From Paramecium tetraurelia (Eukaryota), in the NCBI GenBank assembly GCA_000165425.1, contig CT868185.1, positions 124,001 to 188,000 of the forward strand: a stretch of 64,000 bases of DNA. Reading direction: 5' to 3'. Both the position numbers and the translations under genes were made by a program. Below are positions 26,500-40,617 of this stretch, in pieces. Under the pieces are notes generated by a model. That model ran no database searches. It was given only the letters and a program-made list of their open reading frames with translations, and was not told the origin of the DNA. Numbering within the stretch: the stretch's first letter is position 1; every line of letters begins with the position of its first letter.

Positions 26500-26799
26500 T
26501 TTGCATAAATTTTAATATTTATAGTATATAAATATATTTGAATCAATTTGATATAAAACATATGTTTTTTCCTATTATCATATATCTTAAAGAAAATTTT
26601 TGGTTTTTTGATAAAAATCTCCCTTAGATTATTTAAAATATGGCTAGATTATTATAATTTGAATGAAAATCACTCTTATTAATTTCATATAACTTTAGAG
26701 TTTAGTTGTTCTAAATAGAAATATATATTTAAAGGCAGATTATTATTAATTGGAATTAATTATAAAACAAAATTAAGTTATTTGTTAAACATAAATATT

Positions 26800-27715
26800 T
26801 CATATATACTCTAAGATTTTATCGCAACTAACTATTAAATACTCATCTTTGTAAGAATTTGTATTCTCATTTTTCATATTATCAATTAGATTTTCTAAAA
26901 TAATTGAAATAATTACTATAATCTATATTTTCGCAAACGAAATATGGTTTATCATTTCGAATGACTAACGGAGTCATTAAATTCACTTTTAAATTTTATT
27001 TCTTTATGAATGGTTCCAATACTTAATCATTTTTCATTTTTTCGAATTGATCATTTAATTTAGAGAAACACTCCTTAGATTTTGTTTTTTCACATTTGGG
27101 CAAAGGCCTTTATGGTTATTGCAAAATTAAGGGAAATCTCAAAGTTTATTCATAGTTTTAATTTTTTAAGTTAGTTTTAAGTAATTTACTTTAGAAATTC
27201 TTATTCGGAGAGTGTTATGAATAATCATTATGTTTTAATTTAATTTTAGGTTAATTGCGTTTTACACAAGAAAGAGGTTTTAATTAATGACTAGTATCGC
27301 TTAAAATAGAATCGTCATTTTGTGTTAAATGGATCTTGCTTATGCTTGTCCTTTTTTTAAACTGAGACTAATTTTCTTGTGTTGATTTTTCTAATTTTTC
27401 TGAAGTTTATACAATGGGTAAAATTTTACTGCTATTCAAAGAGGAAGTTTAGTCAAATTCTTTTCTTTTTAATTAATAGGTTTCCTCAATTATTTAATTA
27501 ATCGTTTTGTTGTCATCATAAATTTCTTCTTTAACAAATGATTCTTATGATGAAAAAGTCTTTGAGATGTCTGTTGGATTAAGAAATTTTGGATTCGAAT
27601 TCTTTTTCTTTCTTGAAATTCTTTTTAAATCTTTATTAACAAATTATTAAACTCTCCTGTTAGTTTGACTAATATTAACTGATACGTGAGTCTTAGAATT
27701 ATTTTAATTAATCAT
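26800..27715 (-). CDS. Hypothetical low-complexity protein
   Basis: Long code-6 open frame from about 27600 to TGA at 26800-26802 with an intron near 26900; 5' end uncertain. Confidence 0.5.
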
Positions 27716-27720
27716 ATTAA

Positions 27721-28257
27721 TCATAATGTTTCGTAATCATCGTCGTAATCATCCTCTTCCATTTCAATTTCTTTATCATAGACATTAGTTATATCCTTTA
27801 TTGGTTCTACGATGGATGAAGTTTATGGTTCTATGAATTCTTCTTTTTTATCAACTTCTTTTTTCAAAAATCTATCATCTTTAAATTATTTGAATATGTA
27901 CTCAATATATCCACAATGGCTCTTTCTGTCTTTTTTTTTAATTTGTCTAATTTGGGTTAGATTGCTCTCTTCAAATCTATGTTTGCTTTTTTTGGAATGA
28001 TATTCAAAGTGCCTTATTCATCTGTTAGTAATTATGATACCATTTCTATAACTTTTTGCTATTTACACAGAAATGAATACTTTATAATGCATTTCAATAT
28101 TTTTAATATTTCTGGTAATTTCTTGTTCCTCTTTCCCAAAACATTTATTTTTGGGGAAGTAATGTAGAAACTTCAAATCTGAATGCCAATCTTTTGTTTA
28201 TTTTTCAGGCATTATAGATTGACTAGAATTTAGATTATCGGGAAAATCTAAAATCAT
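27721..28257 (-). CDS. CCDC12: Splicing factor Cwf18/CCDC12
   Basis: LKFLHYFP and LNIIPKKANIDLKRAIQPKLDKLKKKTERAIVDIL match the cwf18 signature; two introns; alternative start at 28212. Confidence 0.8.
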
Positions 28258-28270
28258 TTTAATATAATTA

Positions 28271-29355
28271 ATGAGCCTGATATTAAAGCATCATCTAATA
28301 TTACCGAATTTCAAACTTAATGAAACTATACCTTTCAAAAATTAAAAATCTAACTCTATCACAACGTTGAGATCATTTCAAAAAACTTAAACCACCCAAA
28401 AAATGCTAGACAAACCTTTACCAACTGTAGAAATGTAAGCCAATAAAACCGATATAACTTTTCCAGCTATAAGCAAACCTTATGCAAAAGAAAAAACTTG
28501 TAAAAGGAACTTAACAATTAGAACAGCATACACTGATGATAAAACAATCAAGGATTACTTGGATCATTTGAATACATTGAGATCTCAGAAAAATACTTAA
28601 AAACAAAACAAATTTAAGAAGGTCAGAACTGAAACTGAAATCGTACAGTATGGAGATATCAAGTTTAAAAAAGTAAAAGAAAACTCTACCAAAAAACCTC
28701 CTACATTAGCATCAAATGTCAGAAATCCTTAATCTCAATCATATATCAAATTTAGTTAGCAGATCTTTGCCCTTGTTTTTAGTTTGGATAATCTCAAAGT
28801 ATGATCTGATATTTTATTTAAGAAATACATTAACAATGAAAGAAAACTATTTTAAGTGATTAAGCAACTTATTGGATTAAAAAAAAGTTTGCGCAAAATA
28901 ATACTAAAACAAAATGGAGAAGAATTGGTAGAATTTTCAGAAATTAGTAAATTGTGTTGTGTCAGAGAGATATAGTACATTAATGGAGAACAGAAAATTG
29001 TTGATAAATTTGATTTATCTCTTTATGATGATTTAGTTTATTTGACAGAAACTATTGAGAATCTGCTATTAACAAATGAAATTCACTCTATAAATCGAAT
29101 AAGTGATAATGTAATTATTTTCATCATTCATAGATTTAAAAAGAAACGGAATAAATCGTTAAAATATAGCATTCCATGAACATGCCCAATGAAGAATAAA
29201 AATTATCTGTGTAAACAATGTCCATGCAAAGATTTAAAATTCACGACGAAATTGATGTCATTGAATAAAAATTAGGACCTTTATAATTGATTTCAAGGTA
29301 AGTTAGATAAACATCCATGGTGTTGGGTAGAGTGATAAGCAGTTTAAATGAATGA
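28271..29355 (+). CDS. Hypothetical protein
   Basis: Continuous code-6 frame after removing introns at 28799-28822 and about 29111-29133; TGA 29353-29355. Confidence 0.6.
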
Positions 29356-29368
29356 GTAATAATTTTTT

Positions 29369-31890
29369 TCAATTCGCAAATAAATGATCTTTTAAAAACT
29401 TTAGAAATCTTTCCGCATAATCTCGTGGAGGTATGGCTGATATTGTAGGGCCATAAATGACTCTCTTCGATAAAAACTCTAATTTCTTCTTTGTGCTGAA
29501 GTTTGTTAAAATATCAATTATTCCTATATGCAAAGTAAATTGATTGTCAACGGTTACCATCTTACTAAAATTATCATATTAAGGATTTTCTGAATACACA
29601 GAGGATTCATTATCAATTTATTTGTTCCCCTTAACATGCAAACCTAATAAGAGACTGTAATCTATAATATCATTCTCTTCAAAGAATTTGCAGTCCTTTT
29701 CCAACTAATTGAAAAACAACATTGATTTATTCTTATTGATATTCAATTTCATATTCTTTTCTATATCTGCTAAGAAATTCAAGTCCTTTCTGGCAACAGT
29801 AGGATCACTTATTTTAAACAAATAATCTTTACTTATCAAAAGTATATCTTCCGTAAGTTGAACCCTTCAAGTCATATCTAACATTGATTTCTTGGTTCGT
29901 TGAAAAGACATTGCTCATTATAACAAAATATATAACTTTCTCTCTTAGCATAGTCTAATATTTTATTCCAATCTTATGCATTCCAAATAATCTTTATTTA
30001 AATTTTAATATTACTTTATAATCAGAGTTTCTGGGTAGTTTTTGAGATGGTAATAATAATTCCTCATAATTTATTTAAGAAATCTGAATTCCTAGTGATG
30101 AATTGTTTTTAAAGTGAATTGTCCATCTGCTGTATAATAGAAAAAACTTCCACTCTTTCCTGTTGATGTCAATTCCTATAAACAAGACAGATCTCCCTTT
30201 ATCAATGATTGTAATATGGATTCTGGTCCAATACTTTTTAGATACTAATGATTATCAATTCCGTATATAGTTCTAATACTATTGAAAACTCGTGGAGCAT
30301 AATCGAAGAATTAACATACTTTAAAAGAACTCTTATCACCTTATGCTCTTCTTGGTAGAAGTTCAAAGTAATATTTTAATTTGAAATCTTTTGGTCCAAC
30401 TTCATAATCATCAGCTATATTAATACTACTTACTGCCATTTATATTCCAATCATCATATTTAAAACTAAATTAAAATTTTCATGTCCAAATGAAACACTG
30501 ATTTTAGGTTTTTTCATTTGTTTTTAATTCTTAATAGAAGATTACTTCCTAGGTATATTTATTATAGTGTGAAGTCTTTATTCATTAATTTAATCTATGA
30601 TGTCCATCTTTTATTGTTTCACTTGGTTTTGATCAATTAATTCTCTCAATCTTTACACTTCCTTACTGATTTCTTACACACATGAAATCATTGACTTATA
30701 TTTGTCTTTTAGTTAATCAGTGCTCATTTAATCAACATATTAGTTAAATTGATTTTTCTCTGGATCTATTTCAAAGCTTTGATCTGTCTGATTAAATTGA
30801 TCTTCTTCTCGAGGTTCTAAATTGTCTCCTTCAATTTCTTTCTATGGGACTTATTGAAATAAAGCTTTCTGTTTTTATTTAGGTTTTTATTATCCATAAA
30901 ATGAAAAATCCTAATTTTAATCATTCTTTAAATGTTCTATTGATAACTCGTTAGAATGATTGTAATTAAAAGATGCAAATTACTCTGAAGTAAAGAATTT
31001 ATTATTCGATTAATCATTATTATTGTTATTATGATTATGATTATTTTCTTCACTCTCATATTTAAATAGACTAATAATTGGAGAATGAAGATTTTCAACT
31101 TAACTATTTCTTACTTTTTATTCTTATTCGGTAGTTCCTTAAACAAAATGAGGAAGTTCCTTATCCTGCTTCTTATTGTCCTACTTCATAAATTCTAGTA
31201 AATGATCTAACTTTTTTTCGATGTTCTATACATATCTGGATTATTGCTAAATACTAAAATCTATAGTTTCTAGAGTAACACCTCTTCTAGCAAAGTCAAA
31301 TATTTCTAAAAGTGCTGGATCTGCAACTACAGAATCCTGATATTATTGTAATGTAACTTTATCAGCTTTGTCAACATCCATGGTTTAGAAAATTAATTTA
31401 ATTCTTTAATCAATCTGCTTCTTAGTTTCGCTGGTTAAGTTTTACCCAGTCATGGCTATCCAACTATTAATCACTCCTTACATTGTATCATTAAATTCGG
31501 CTGATGTAAAGCTTCCAACCTTGTTCTTATCAATCAACTTAAAACTTATCTCCGCCTTTTCTCTAGCATCTCCATGACTTACTTTATCAAAATATAAAGC
31601 AAAATCCTCAAACCGAATCTAATAGATTTCATTTAAAAACATACCTTACCATCCTTATCATCATCCATTATGTGGAAGATTCTGTCTGATAAATGCAACA
31701 TTGTGCCCATACCAAGCAAACCCAAATTATCTCGAAATTAAAACTTAGTAACAAAATTAGAACCTTGTGACATTCTGGCAAATCGAGTTTTTAATTCTAT
31801 CAATTCAGTTTCTGTAAGCCTTGTGAGTTTTCCTAATTTATTTATTTCTTCTCTTTAAGTGTTAGTTTTTTATTTTCTCGAACAACACAT
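29369..31890 (-). CDS. EF-hand (NCS/recoverin-like) - phosphatidylinositol-4-phosphate 5-kinase fusion
   Basis: N-terminal MCCSRK, EF-hands (DDDKDGKIRFEDF, DKNKVGSFTSAEF); PIP5K core FFDYAPRVF, STGKSGSFFY, YDLKGST, KDLNF, IIDYSLLG, IGIIDIL, ISAIPPRDYAERF. Confidence 0.92.
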
Positions 31891-32781
31891 TTAATTAATT
31901 TAATTATTATAAATAATGTAGAGTGATATTGATAATTTTCCTTTACTGTCTAATATCAAACCTGATATTTAGTATGATAATTAATTTAAATTAAATATTA
32001 ACAAATGCTTTTAATGAAAAAAATAAGTGTAACCAATAAGAAAGAACTATTTTGAAGAAAAAGTCATGATCTTTGATTAAGGTCAAGATTAAAAAACATA
32101 AGAATTATTTTAATGTAAAATAGTGATTATTTACACAAATAATTAATTAAGGAAAGCTTTAAATAAAGAAAATTAAAATGGAATAAAACGGATGATATTC
32201 GAATCTTAGTTTTGAAGTAAAAATACCTAATTAAAATAATATTAGATAAAAAATCCATTTTCATTTTTTACCAAGAGCTTATAATTCTTGATGAAAAAAT
32301 ATACATACAATATTATAGAAATGTAATTTATTGATTATTATTAGATTTTTAACTATTTAGCATAAAGAAGGCAACCTTGTTGTGAAAACTTAGTTGTTTT
32401 ATAGCAGATAGTCATGCATTTTATAATGGGGTTACAAAATCTTGATTAGTCAAAATAATAATAATTTTGATGAGTATGGAAATACAATAGCTTTAGACAC
32501 AGAAAATCACAAAAAAAGTTTACCTACCCTTTTGGAATTCAATTAAAAAGCTAAAAGTAAAGTCAAGTTTTCCTAATTTTGAACATTCATGATCTTAAAT
32601 TATAAACTAAACAAGCGATGAAAAGATTGATTATATATTATTATCAATACTTAATCTAATTACTTGTTTTAGTGTAATTCTTTTACATATAAATTAACTG
32701 AAAAATATTTGCATTCTTAAAGTTAATTATTAATTCTTACTTGGCTTTATAAAATTTAATAAAATTTATTTAGTCCCAAAA

Positions 32782-34133
32782 ATGGAAGAATAATTAAAAA
32801 AAATCGACATACTCATCAAGAAGCAGAACTTTTAGAAAAGTATTAAAAAACTTGAAGAACTCCAAAATCAACTCAACCAAAGGATCATAAATCCAGAGGA
32901 AATATTAGAAGAAGACCAAGTAAGTCATAATTAAGAATTAGATTTTATAAAGCAATATTTATGAGAGGTTTGCAACAATTTTCATAGATATTAACTAAGT
33001 TTATAGAGCAATGTAATACTTGATAAAGATGATAAAAATAGAGAAAGACATTTGTAAAACCTCAAATAATAAGGATAGCATTTTGAGACTCTGTAATTCA
33101 TACGCAAAAATAGGTAATAAAGTATTTAATAAATTATAGGAAGATGTTGTTTCTATTGTTGCTATTATGAATAGACATTCAAATATTTGGATTATGCTCA
33201 ATAATTACTCTAAGAAAATAATCTAACTAATACAGGAGTTTACGCATTAACTTTAACATAGTTGGGAAATTATTATAGATTCATGTTTCAAGACGATTTG
33301 GCAGAATAAATGTTAAGTGAGAGTATCAAAATTAGGGAAGAGCTATATTCAAAGGATTCTATAGTAAAAATTTATAATTATGTTAGGAAGTGGCTGATTC
33401 AGTACATGGACTGGCATAATTATTCTCAGATGAAGGAAAAATTCAAGATGCCATGCTCTAAATTAACTAAGCCATATCTATTTTGACTAATGTGTTAGGT
33501 TATGAACATATCAAAACTGCTAAATCAATTTACCTTAAAGGAAATTTATATCTTAGAATGAAATCCACTTAAGAAAGTAATAAAATTATTTGAAAATGTA
33601 GATTTAGAAAAAGCAGAATAATTGATAAATCAAAGTCTTCAAATTAACATAAAAATTATGGGAAATTCATCATAAGATATTGCTGATTGCTATCATTCAT
33701 TGGGTAAAATTAAGGCTTATAACAAATGTTCAAATGAATTTGAAGTGTATTTTTAAAAGTCATTGGAAATTTTGCAGGAATTGTATGGCTAGAGTCATGC
33801 AAGCATAGCAATAATATTAAACAATTTTGGAAGATCATATTATGAGAGAAAATAGTATGAAGAAGCTGTAAATTGTTTTTAAGAATCTATAAAAATTTAT
33901 ACTTAATTATGTGGGGATATGCATGGAAATTTAGCAATTACTTTAAAAAATTGTGCTGATTGTCATAAGGAATTGGGACGTTTTAAGCAAGCTTACAATG
34001 ATTATTCAAAGTCATTGGAGATTTACAAAGTATATTTGAATATTAACTTTAGAAAATGCAAATTAATCAACAACAGGTGAATTCAATTCAAAATTAAATG
34101 ATCTAAATCTCTGAGAAGTTTTTAGAAGATTGA
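32782..34133 (+). CDS. TPR-repeat protein (kinesin-light-chain-like TPR array)
   Basis: Repeated units of about 42 aa such as HASIAIILNNFGRSYYERKQYEEAVNCFQESIKI and HGNLAITLKNCADCHKELGRFKQA; several tiny introns. Confidence 0.85.
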
Positions 34134-34285
34134 TATCATTCTCTTTGTATAAAGACAACTAAACAATTTAGTCATAAAAATATTAACTAAAATTATATAA
34201 TATTATACTTATACCCCCTTTTTGGATATTCAATTATAGCCATTATATTATAAACAAAATTAAATTATGAAGATATATAATAAAT

Positions 34286-34755
34286 TCATTATTGATGAAG
34301 GCTTTATTATTATTATATAAGTGACTTTCTCTTTGAATTTTATTTTACTATTTACTAAACTTAACTGCTCTTTCTTAATTGATCTCTCTTAACAAACTCA
34401 TCAACTTTTCTGAACTATACCCAAGCTTTGCCTTCCATTAAATTATCCAGCTATTCTTATTGATTAAACAAAATACTTCTTCAGAGATTTCTTTATCAGT
34501 ATAACCACTTTTTTTAACTATCTCCCAAAAAGCCATCCATTCATCTTCTGATATTTGTCCGCTCTTATCAAAATCAACAGCATTGAATAAAGCCTATGTA
34601 TTAACTTTAGCGAAGTTTGTTTTCCAAAATTTTTAAGTTTCATCTTTATCTATAGAACCTGAATTATTGATATCAATTCTTCGAAATATTTCTAAAGCCC
34701 TAGCTCTAAGTTTCTCATTCAGGCCTGTTGAATTTTTTTATGCTCCACACCCCAT
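34286..34755 (-). CDS. Small two-EF-hand Ca2+-binding protein with MGC acylation motif
   Basis: MGCGAQKNS; EF loops DINNSGSIDKDE and DFDKSGQISEDE; one intron. Confidence 0.85.
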
Positions 34756-36929
34756 TTATGTAATAATTAAATAAATTAAATCCCCTTTACAATGAATATA
34801 TGAGTAATAATAATATTAGATAATAAGTCATAGGATTCAATATCTAAATTATAATTACCCAAGTGGTTAACAAATTTATATTAATGAAAATAATTGAATA
34901 CAAATATTTATAAGAAACAATCAAATTTATGGTTTCACTTCCTGTTGTAGTTCAACTTACACATATTCATTTCGCTTTCTGAACAATATAAGTTACTCCA
35001 TTTTTTTGTATTTTACTAATTAGAAAATCAAATTTGTAATTCTTTTTAATTATTTTTGAAATATATATCATTATTAATCCAACATAATCTAATCTCTCTT
35101 TTCTAGCCAGACAGTTTTTGTAATTCTAGGTATCTATTCTGTATTTAATTAAAAATTCATTTTGGGTTAGTTATATTTAAAGAATAATCTAGCAATATTT
35201 TCTTGCTAGTATTCAAATGAGTTTATGATCAATCAATATTTATATGAAGAGTGTAATGAATTCAGTATCAAATTTATCATTGCATTATTGACTCTTAAAC
35301 TTTTCATAAAGTCTCTTGATTTTATTGACTATATTTAAATCTAGCTGATCATTCTAATGCAATTGTGTTTTAAGACATAATCATCTAATCTTAGTTCCAA
35401 CATAATAACTTGTTACTTTTTGGTTCAAGATAATTTATAAAGATTTCAATAATCTAATTTATAATACTTATTCTCTTTAAATTACACCAAAAGAATTTAT
35501 GATTTCTTAAATTGTTATTATGTTTCATATTTTAGCCATAACAATTCTATTTTTTAATGGCACTTTCTTTTTTTTCAGTAATTAAATAATCTTTAATTAA
35601 GGGCAAAAAAAAAAAACAGCACTAATAATGATATCAACTTCTAATCTAATTTTTTAATCTAACTTAAAACATAAAGAACAAAAAGCATTGTCACCAAATA
35701 TCATTTATTTATTCTAAAATTAAAAAGAACTCCGAAAATTACAACTTCAAAAGGTGTTAACAGGATTTAGTACATTATCTTTACCTAGATAATCAGTATA
35801 ATTCAACGTATGAATAAAGGCAAAATATAATACTTTAAAGATTTCAACTACTACCAATATTATAAATGTATCATTAAATTTGGGTACACCAAAAATATAT
35901 TTGATATTATAATAATTGGTTACTCTTTTATCAAAAAAAGCAAATGAAATATGTAGTTATTTCAGTGCATACTGTAAGTATCTTAATTATGCAATTATCT
36001 AAGTTTTTGAATTGTCAAGAATACACTAAAAGCTCTGAACTATAACTCTTCAATTTCACCTTCAACTTAAAAATCTCCTTACACTTTTCAGCCATTTTAT
36101 AAGTGGATTCTTTATAAAAGGAATGATCTCGACTCTACAGCATCACTTCTATTAGCTTCAAAACACTGGCTATGAAGTTTTTAAGGCAAGTGGAAAAATA
36201 TTCTGAGACTTTATGATAACAAAGAGGAAGTAATTTTTTATCTAATACCAATATGTTGATATAATTATTAAATTATAATATATGGAAAAAGTCCAAATTT
36301 TTTTCTTATTATAGCAATTATCTGGTTCTTGCAATTTTCAGAATTAAAGAATTTCTTCAATAGTTATATAATAATTTCAATAATCTTGAATTTATTCCTT
36401 AATGATGAAAGTCTGGAAAAAGGTCTTTTTTTTGCAGTGGACTTCGTGTATTTAGAGAAGGATTGAATTGATTAGAAGAAATTCTTAGAATTCGTTAACG
36501 TTGATACACAATAACAGAAGATTAAACAAAATCAATAGTTTATTAAAAATAAAAAACACCATAAAAAAATGGGGTTGCTACAGAAAATACAGGGCAATGG
36601 TGTGAATAATTAGGGCGAAGATCAGAATTTTTAAAGAATTTGAATAAAGTTGTTTATATGTAATTTTCTGTTAATCAAAATATTTTGAGGGGTCTGCATA
36701 ATAATTTTCAAAACGAATTTTATAATATAAGCTGATAGACGTTAAAGTTTAGTATTTTTTCAAATAAGGTTGCATAGTGTTCATGTAAAATGTACAATGC
36801 GTTGGATTATAGTCTCAAAAGATATTTAAAGATTTTAGGATTAATAATAATTCGTCAATCTTCATATATAAAAGGAATGAATTATGCATGATTTTTTCAT
36901 TATATTTAAAAAAAAATTCTGTGTGCAGA

Positions 36930-38298
36930 ATGAGTGTTGCATCTAATTCTCAGCATGATGGCGAATTGAAGGAGACTCCTATTGAAGTTGTATTTATATC
37001 CAAAGTAAATTAGACGAAGTTCACATGGACAATGAAGAGTATAGAAAAACTGAAAGAGCTTCATGTGTTGCAACAAGGGAACTGGAAATCAATCAGTTCG
37101 TTGCTAAATGGACCAACCCCTTTGGAGTGTATGATTAAGTGGTAATAACTCCATCCAGATTAAGTAATGAATTTTAATAATGTAGTCAACTTCCAGACAA
37201 CTGTGGTCACCAGAAGAGGATGAATAATTGTAAGAATTGGTCTAAAAATTTGGAAAAAAATGGAGCAAGATTTGTACAGTAATGAATTGGAGAACTGGAA
37301 AATAAGTTAGAGAGCGTTATTTGAATTAACTCTAAGGAACGATTAACTAAGAAAAGTGGACAGAAGAGGAAGATAAATTGATATTAAAATTATATAAGAA
37401 GTTTGGAACAAAATGGAGCTATATTTCAAGTTTCTTGAATGGAAGACCTGTATATTTCTGTAACTAATTATTTAGGAAAACATGGTCAAAAATCGATTCT
37501 ATTCCAACCTAAAAAGAAGATACTAATGTGATTTAGGTGATTCGGATGATGAAGATTTATAAGAGGAATCCCTCAATTCCTTCGAAGAAGACTAGAGCAG
37601 GCTTTAGAAAAGGAGAAGACCTTAGAAAAACACGAAAGAGCCTCAAAAAATCAAAAAAGTTTAGGTGGCTGAAGATAATATAGAAAATTTCTAAAGAATG
37701 ACAAGATCAAAAAATCAAAAATAAAATGAAGATAGTTCTAAATAATATGGTCTCAATGAGGACTAAAACAATGAGAATAACTCAGGTATTCATTATATTT
37801 ATCATAGGTTTATAAAATATTGCAAGTACTCCAAGTTATTGCACTCCTCAAGCCAATTAAATTAATATAAAGGAAGAAAATTAATTAAAATGTGATCATT
37901 TTAATTATAATTCATCCAATGTTTAATAATCAATTCCAGCAATCAATATGTTCCCCTAAACAGTGTCTCCATTCATGTTTAACAATTAATTCATTCCATC
38001 TTATCAGAATTCGTTTCTATATCCATAAAATACGATGCCAATCTTACAAGATAAATTGGAAACATAGTAAGTCAAATAGATATAGTTTGACAAAATGTAA
38101 ATGATAAATGAACTAAATTAATTGCCAAGAACAAACATTGTTAACCCTTTTCTAAATATTATGTAATAACAGTAATTGATGAATTTTTAAATTCCTATCT
38201 AGTCGTAATATATAGGTCAGGTTGATCCAATTACATAATGGGCTGAATTATGCAAAGTTTATAATAACCTAATATTGTAAAAACATTTGTAACCATGA
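36930..38298 (+). CDS. Three-repeat Myb transcription factor
   Basis: WTMKSIEKL..W..CMIKW; WSPEEDEQL..GKKWSKI..RTGKQVRERY; WTEEEDKLIL..GTKWSYI..GRPENMVKNRFY; Q/P/N-rich tail. Confidence 0.93.
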
Positions 38299-38882
38299 GG
38301 TTAAATAAGAGAATGTAAACAATATATATATGTAATCAATAAACATATTATTCATACATTATTTTAAAATTCAATTTTTATTTATAGCTAAATTAATGTT
38401 ACTATTTTTAAATTCAATATTAAATTCTATACAAAAAGAATTTAAGTCTATTCTTTGTTAACTCTCCTCAGATTCTATTTATTCTGATTATATTCACTAA
38501 GTTTTAGACAATCCTATAAATATAAATTACATTAGGAACATAAGTCTAATCATCCTTTTAGGAAAAGCGAATTTAATGTGTTAACTTTGGAATGTAATAA
38601 TCAATCTAGATATTAATTGATATTATATAAATTAAGAGGAAAACAGATAATTTATGTGATTAAATAAAATATGTAATTAGCTCCTTTTTTTGAAGTTGCC
38701 ATTTTATACCATTTCTTCTTTAAGCATAACTTAATTAAGAATACCAATAATTATGATTTGATTATATCAACAATGATGAAGAAATGGATTTTATAACTAG
38801 ATTTAAGGAGGATATTGTTGGTAAATTTAAACTATGAAATACATCAAATAGATGTTTTAAATAATAATTATAAAATTAATAT

Positions 38883-40545
38883 ATGGGGAAAAAGAGAATT
38901 GTAGAAGAAATTTAGAATGAAGAGCCAGAGGAAGTCTAAGAGGTGAAAGCAAAAGTAGAAAATAAAAAATAAAAGAAAATTGCTAAAAATGAGAATAAAA
39001 TAACCAAAGATGTTGATTTCATTTCATTCCTAAAAGAGGATATTCGATTTTTAATTCAACATAGAAATCAAGAGAATGAATAAAAGTAGTCGAAGGCTGA
39101 AGAAGTGTTTAAAAAAATAGAAGGTATATTGTACTAAATTGCCTAAACCAAAATTGGAGGCAGGACAATTCAATTAGTAATTAAATGTGCAGATCCAAAT
39201 ATAAGATAATAAATATTTTCAAAACTATTGAATGACAAACAATTTGGAGAATTATTATAATCTAAATATGGTCACTATATTGGAATTACTATGGTTAGAA
39301 ATATGGTTCCTGAATTCAGGAATTAATTTTTCGAGATTCTATTCAAAAATGCTAATCACTACGTAGCCTAAGGAGATGCAAGCATTGTTTTAGATAGATT
39401 CCTAACAAGGGAAGCAACTACTTAATAGGTCAATAAGGTAAAAGCATTGTTTCAGAATCACAGTGAAAAAATTGATAATCTAGCAATGAAGATCATAGAA
39501 AAAGGAATTCATAATCATTTGCTTAGTTTACAAATTCTAAAAGTGGCATTACCAAATCTAGTTCCAGAAGAGCGAGAGAAGGTTATTGAATACTTTTAGC
39601 AATTGGAGAATCTCGATTATCTTAGACATAGAGATGGCATTTCAGTATAATATTAAAACTATATTTAGCTATTTTGTGCAATATTAAATGTGACTGACAA
39701 AAAAGAAAGAAAGAACTTTCTAAAAAACATATAAACCTACATGTAATAATCTTAGGAACACTTACACAGAAATTCTTAATTTTATCTAGCTTTATAAAAG
39801 GTGATATTTACATATGATGACACTAAATAAGTTAATAAATCAATTTTACAAGACATCTTACCTGAATGGTTAAATTCTATACATGTCTATAAAATAATCT
39901 AATCGATCTATTAACCTAAACTTAGAGATGACATTAAATTTGACACAATTGGTTTAAAAAACACAGTGAGTTTGAAAGATGATGAGATTAGAATTAAAGA
40001 ACTTTAAGATTATTGTTTTGAATCAATCTTGAATTCTTTGTAATAAAGTGAAACCAACATCTTATTGGAAAGCAATATCAATTAATTCATTTGCTACTTT
40101 ATTTAATATATCATTAAGTACTCACAAGTTTAAGCATTGGATTTCATCAAAACTTAGATTGAATCATTACTCTACTTCAGAGGTGACGCTATCTTTACCA
40201 GAGAAGTTGAATAAAATGGAAATTATTGGATATTGACATAGCCAGAAGCATAGAGAATTGCTAAATGTTTGATTTAACAATAATAAATTGCTGTAATTAT
40301 ATAAGCTAATAATATAGTAAGGCGAATTCAGTGAAATCATTGACAATTACTGCTAAAAAATACGGGGTCTTTTGATATCAAATTTGAAAGTGACTCTCAT
40401 TAGTAAAGCAATCTATTTGTTATTGGCACTGATAGAGAATACTAATTTGAAAGAATAAGTTCTCGTGGAGATCAAGAAAAACAAAAAATGGATAGATAAG
40501 TTGGAGAAAACATAATCTCTCCAAATATTGTATAAATATGTATGA
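38883..40545 (+). CDS. Puf6/PUM3-like Pumilio-repeat nucleolar RNA-binding protein
   Basis: Charged N-terminus MGKKRIVEE; KIGGRTIQLVIKCADPNIRQQIFSKL..ELLQSKYGHYI resembles Puf6/PUM3 repeats. Confidence 0.7.
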
Positions 40546-40617
40546 TTTTGTATATTAATAAATATCATTATAATCATTTTGGTACTAGTCTTTGATATTG
40601 AATTTAAGAAGTTAATT

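Noticed and set aside
31980..32640. Fragmentary plus-strand ORFs
   Set aside because: Multiple in-frame TGAs and no motif; possible pseudogene, unsupported.
34800..36900. 2-kb region lacking a clear gene; considered transposon or IES remnant
   Set aside because: No terminal inverted repeats, transposase motif or TAYAGYNR-bounded insert could be identified.
38400..38880. Open frame upstream of the Puf6-like gene
   Set aside because: No motif, and it runs out of frame into the next gene; probably chance.
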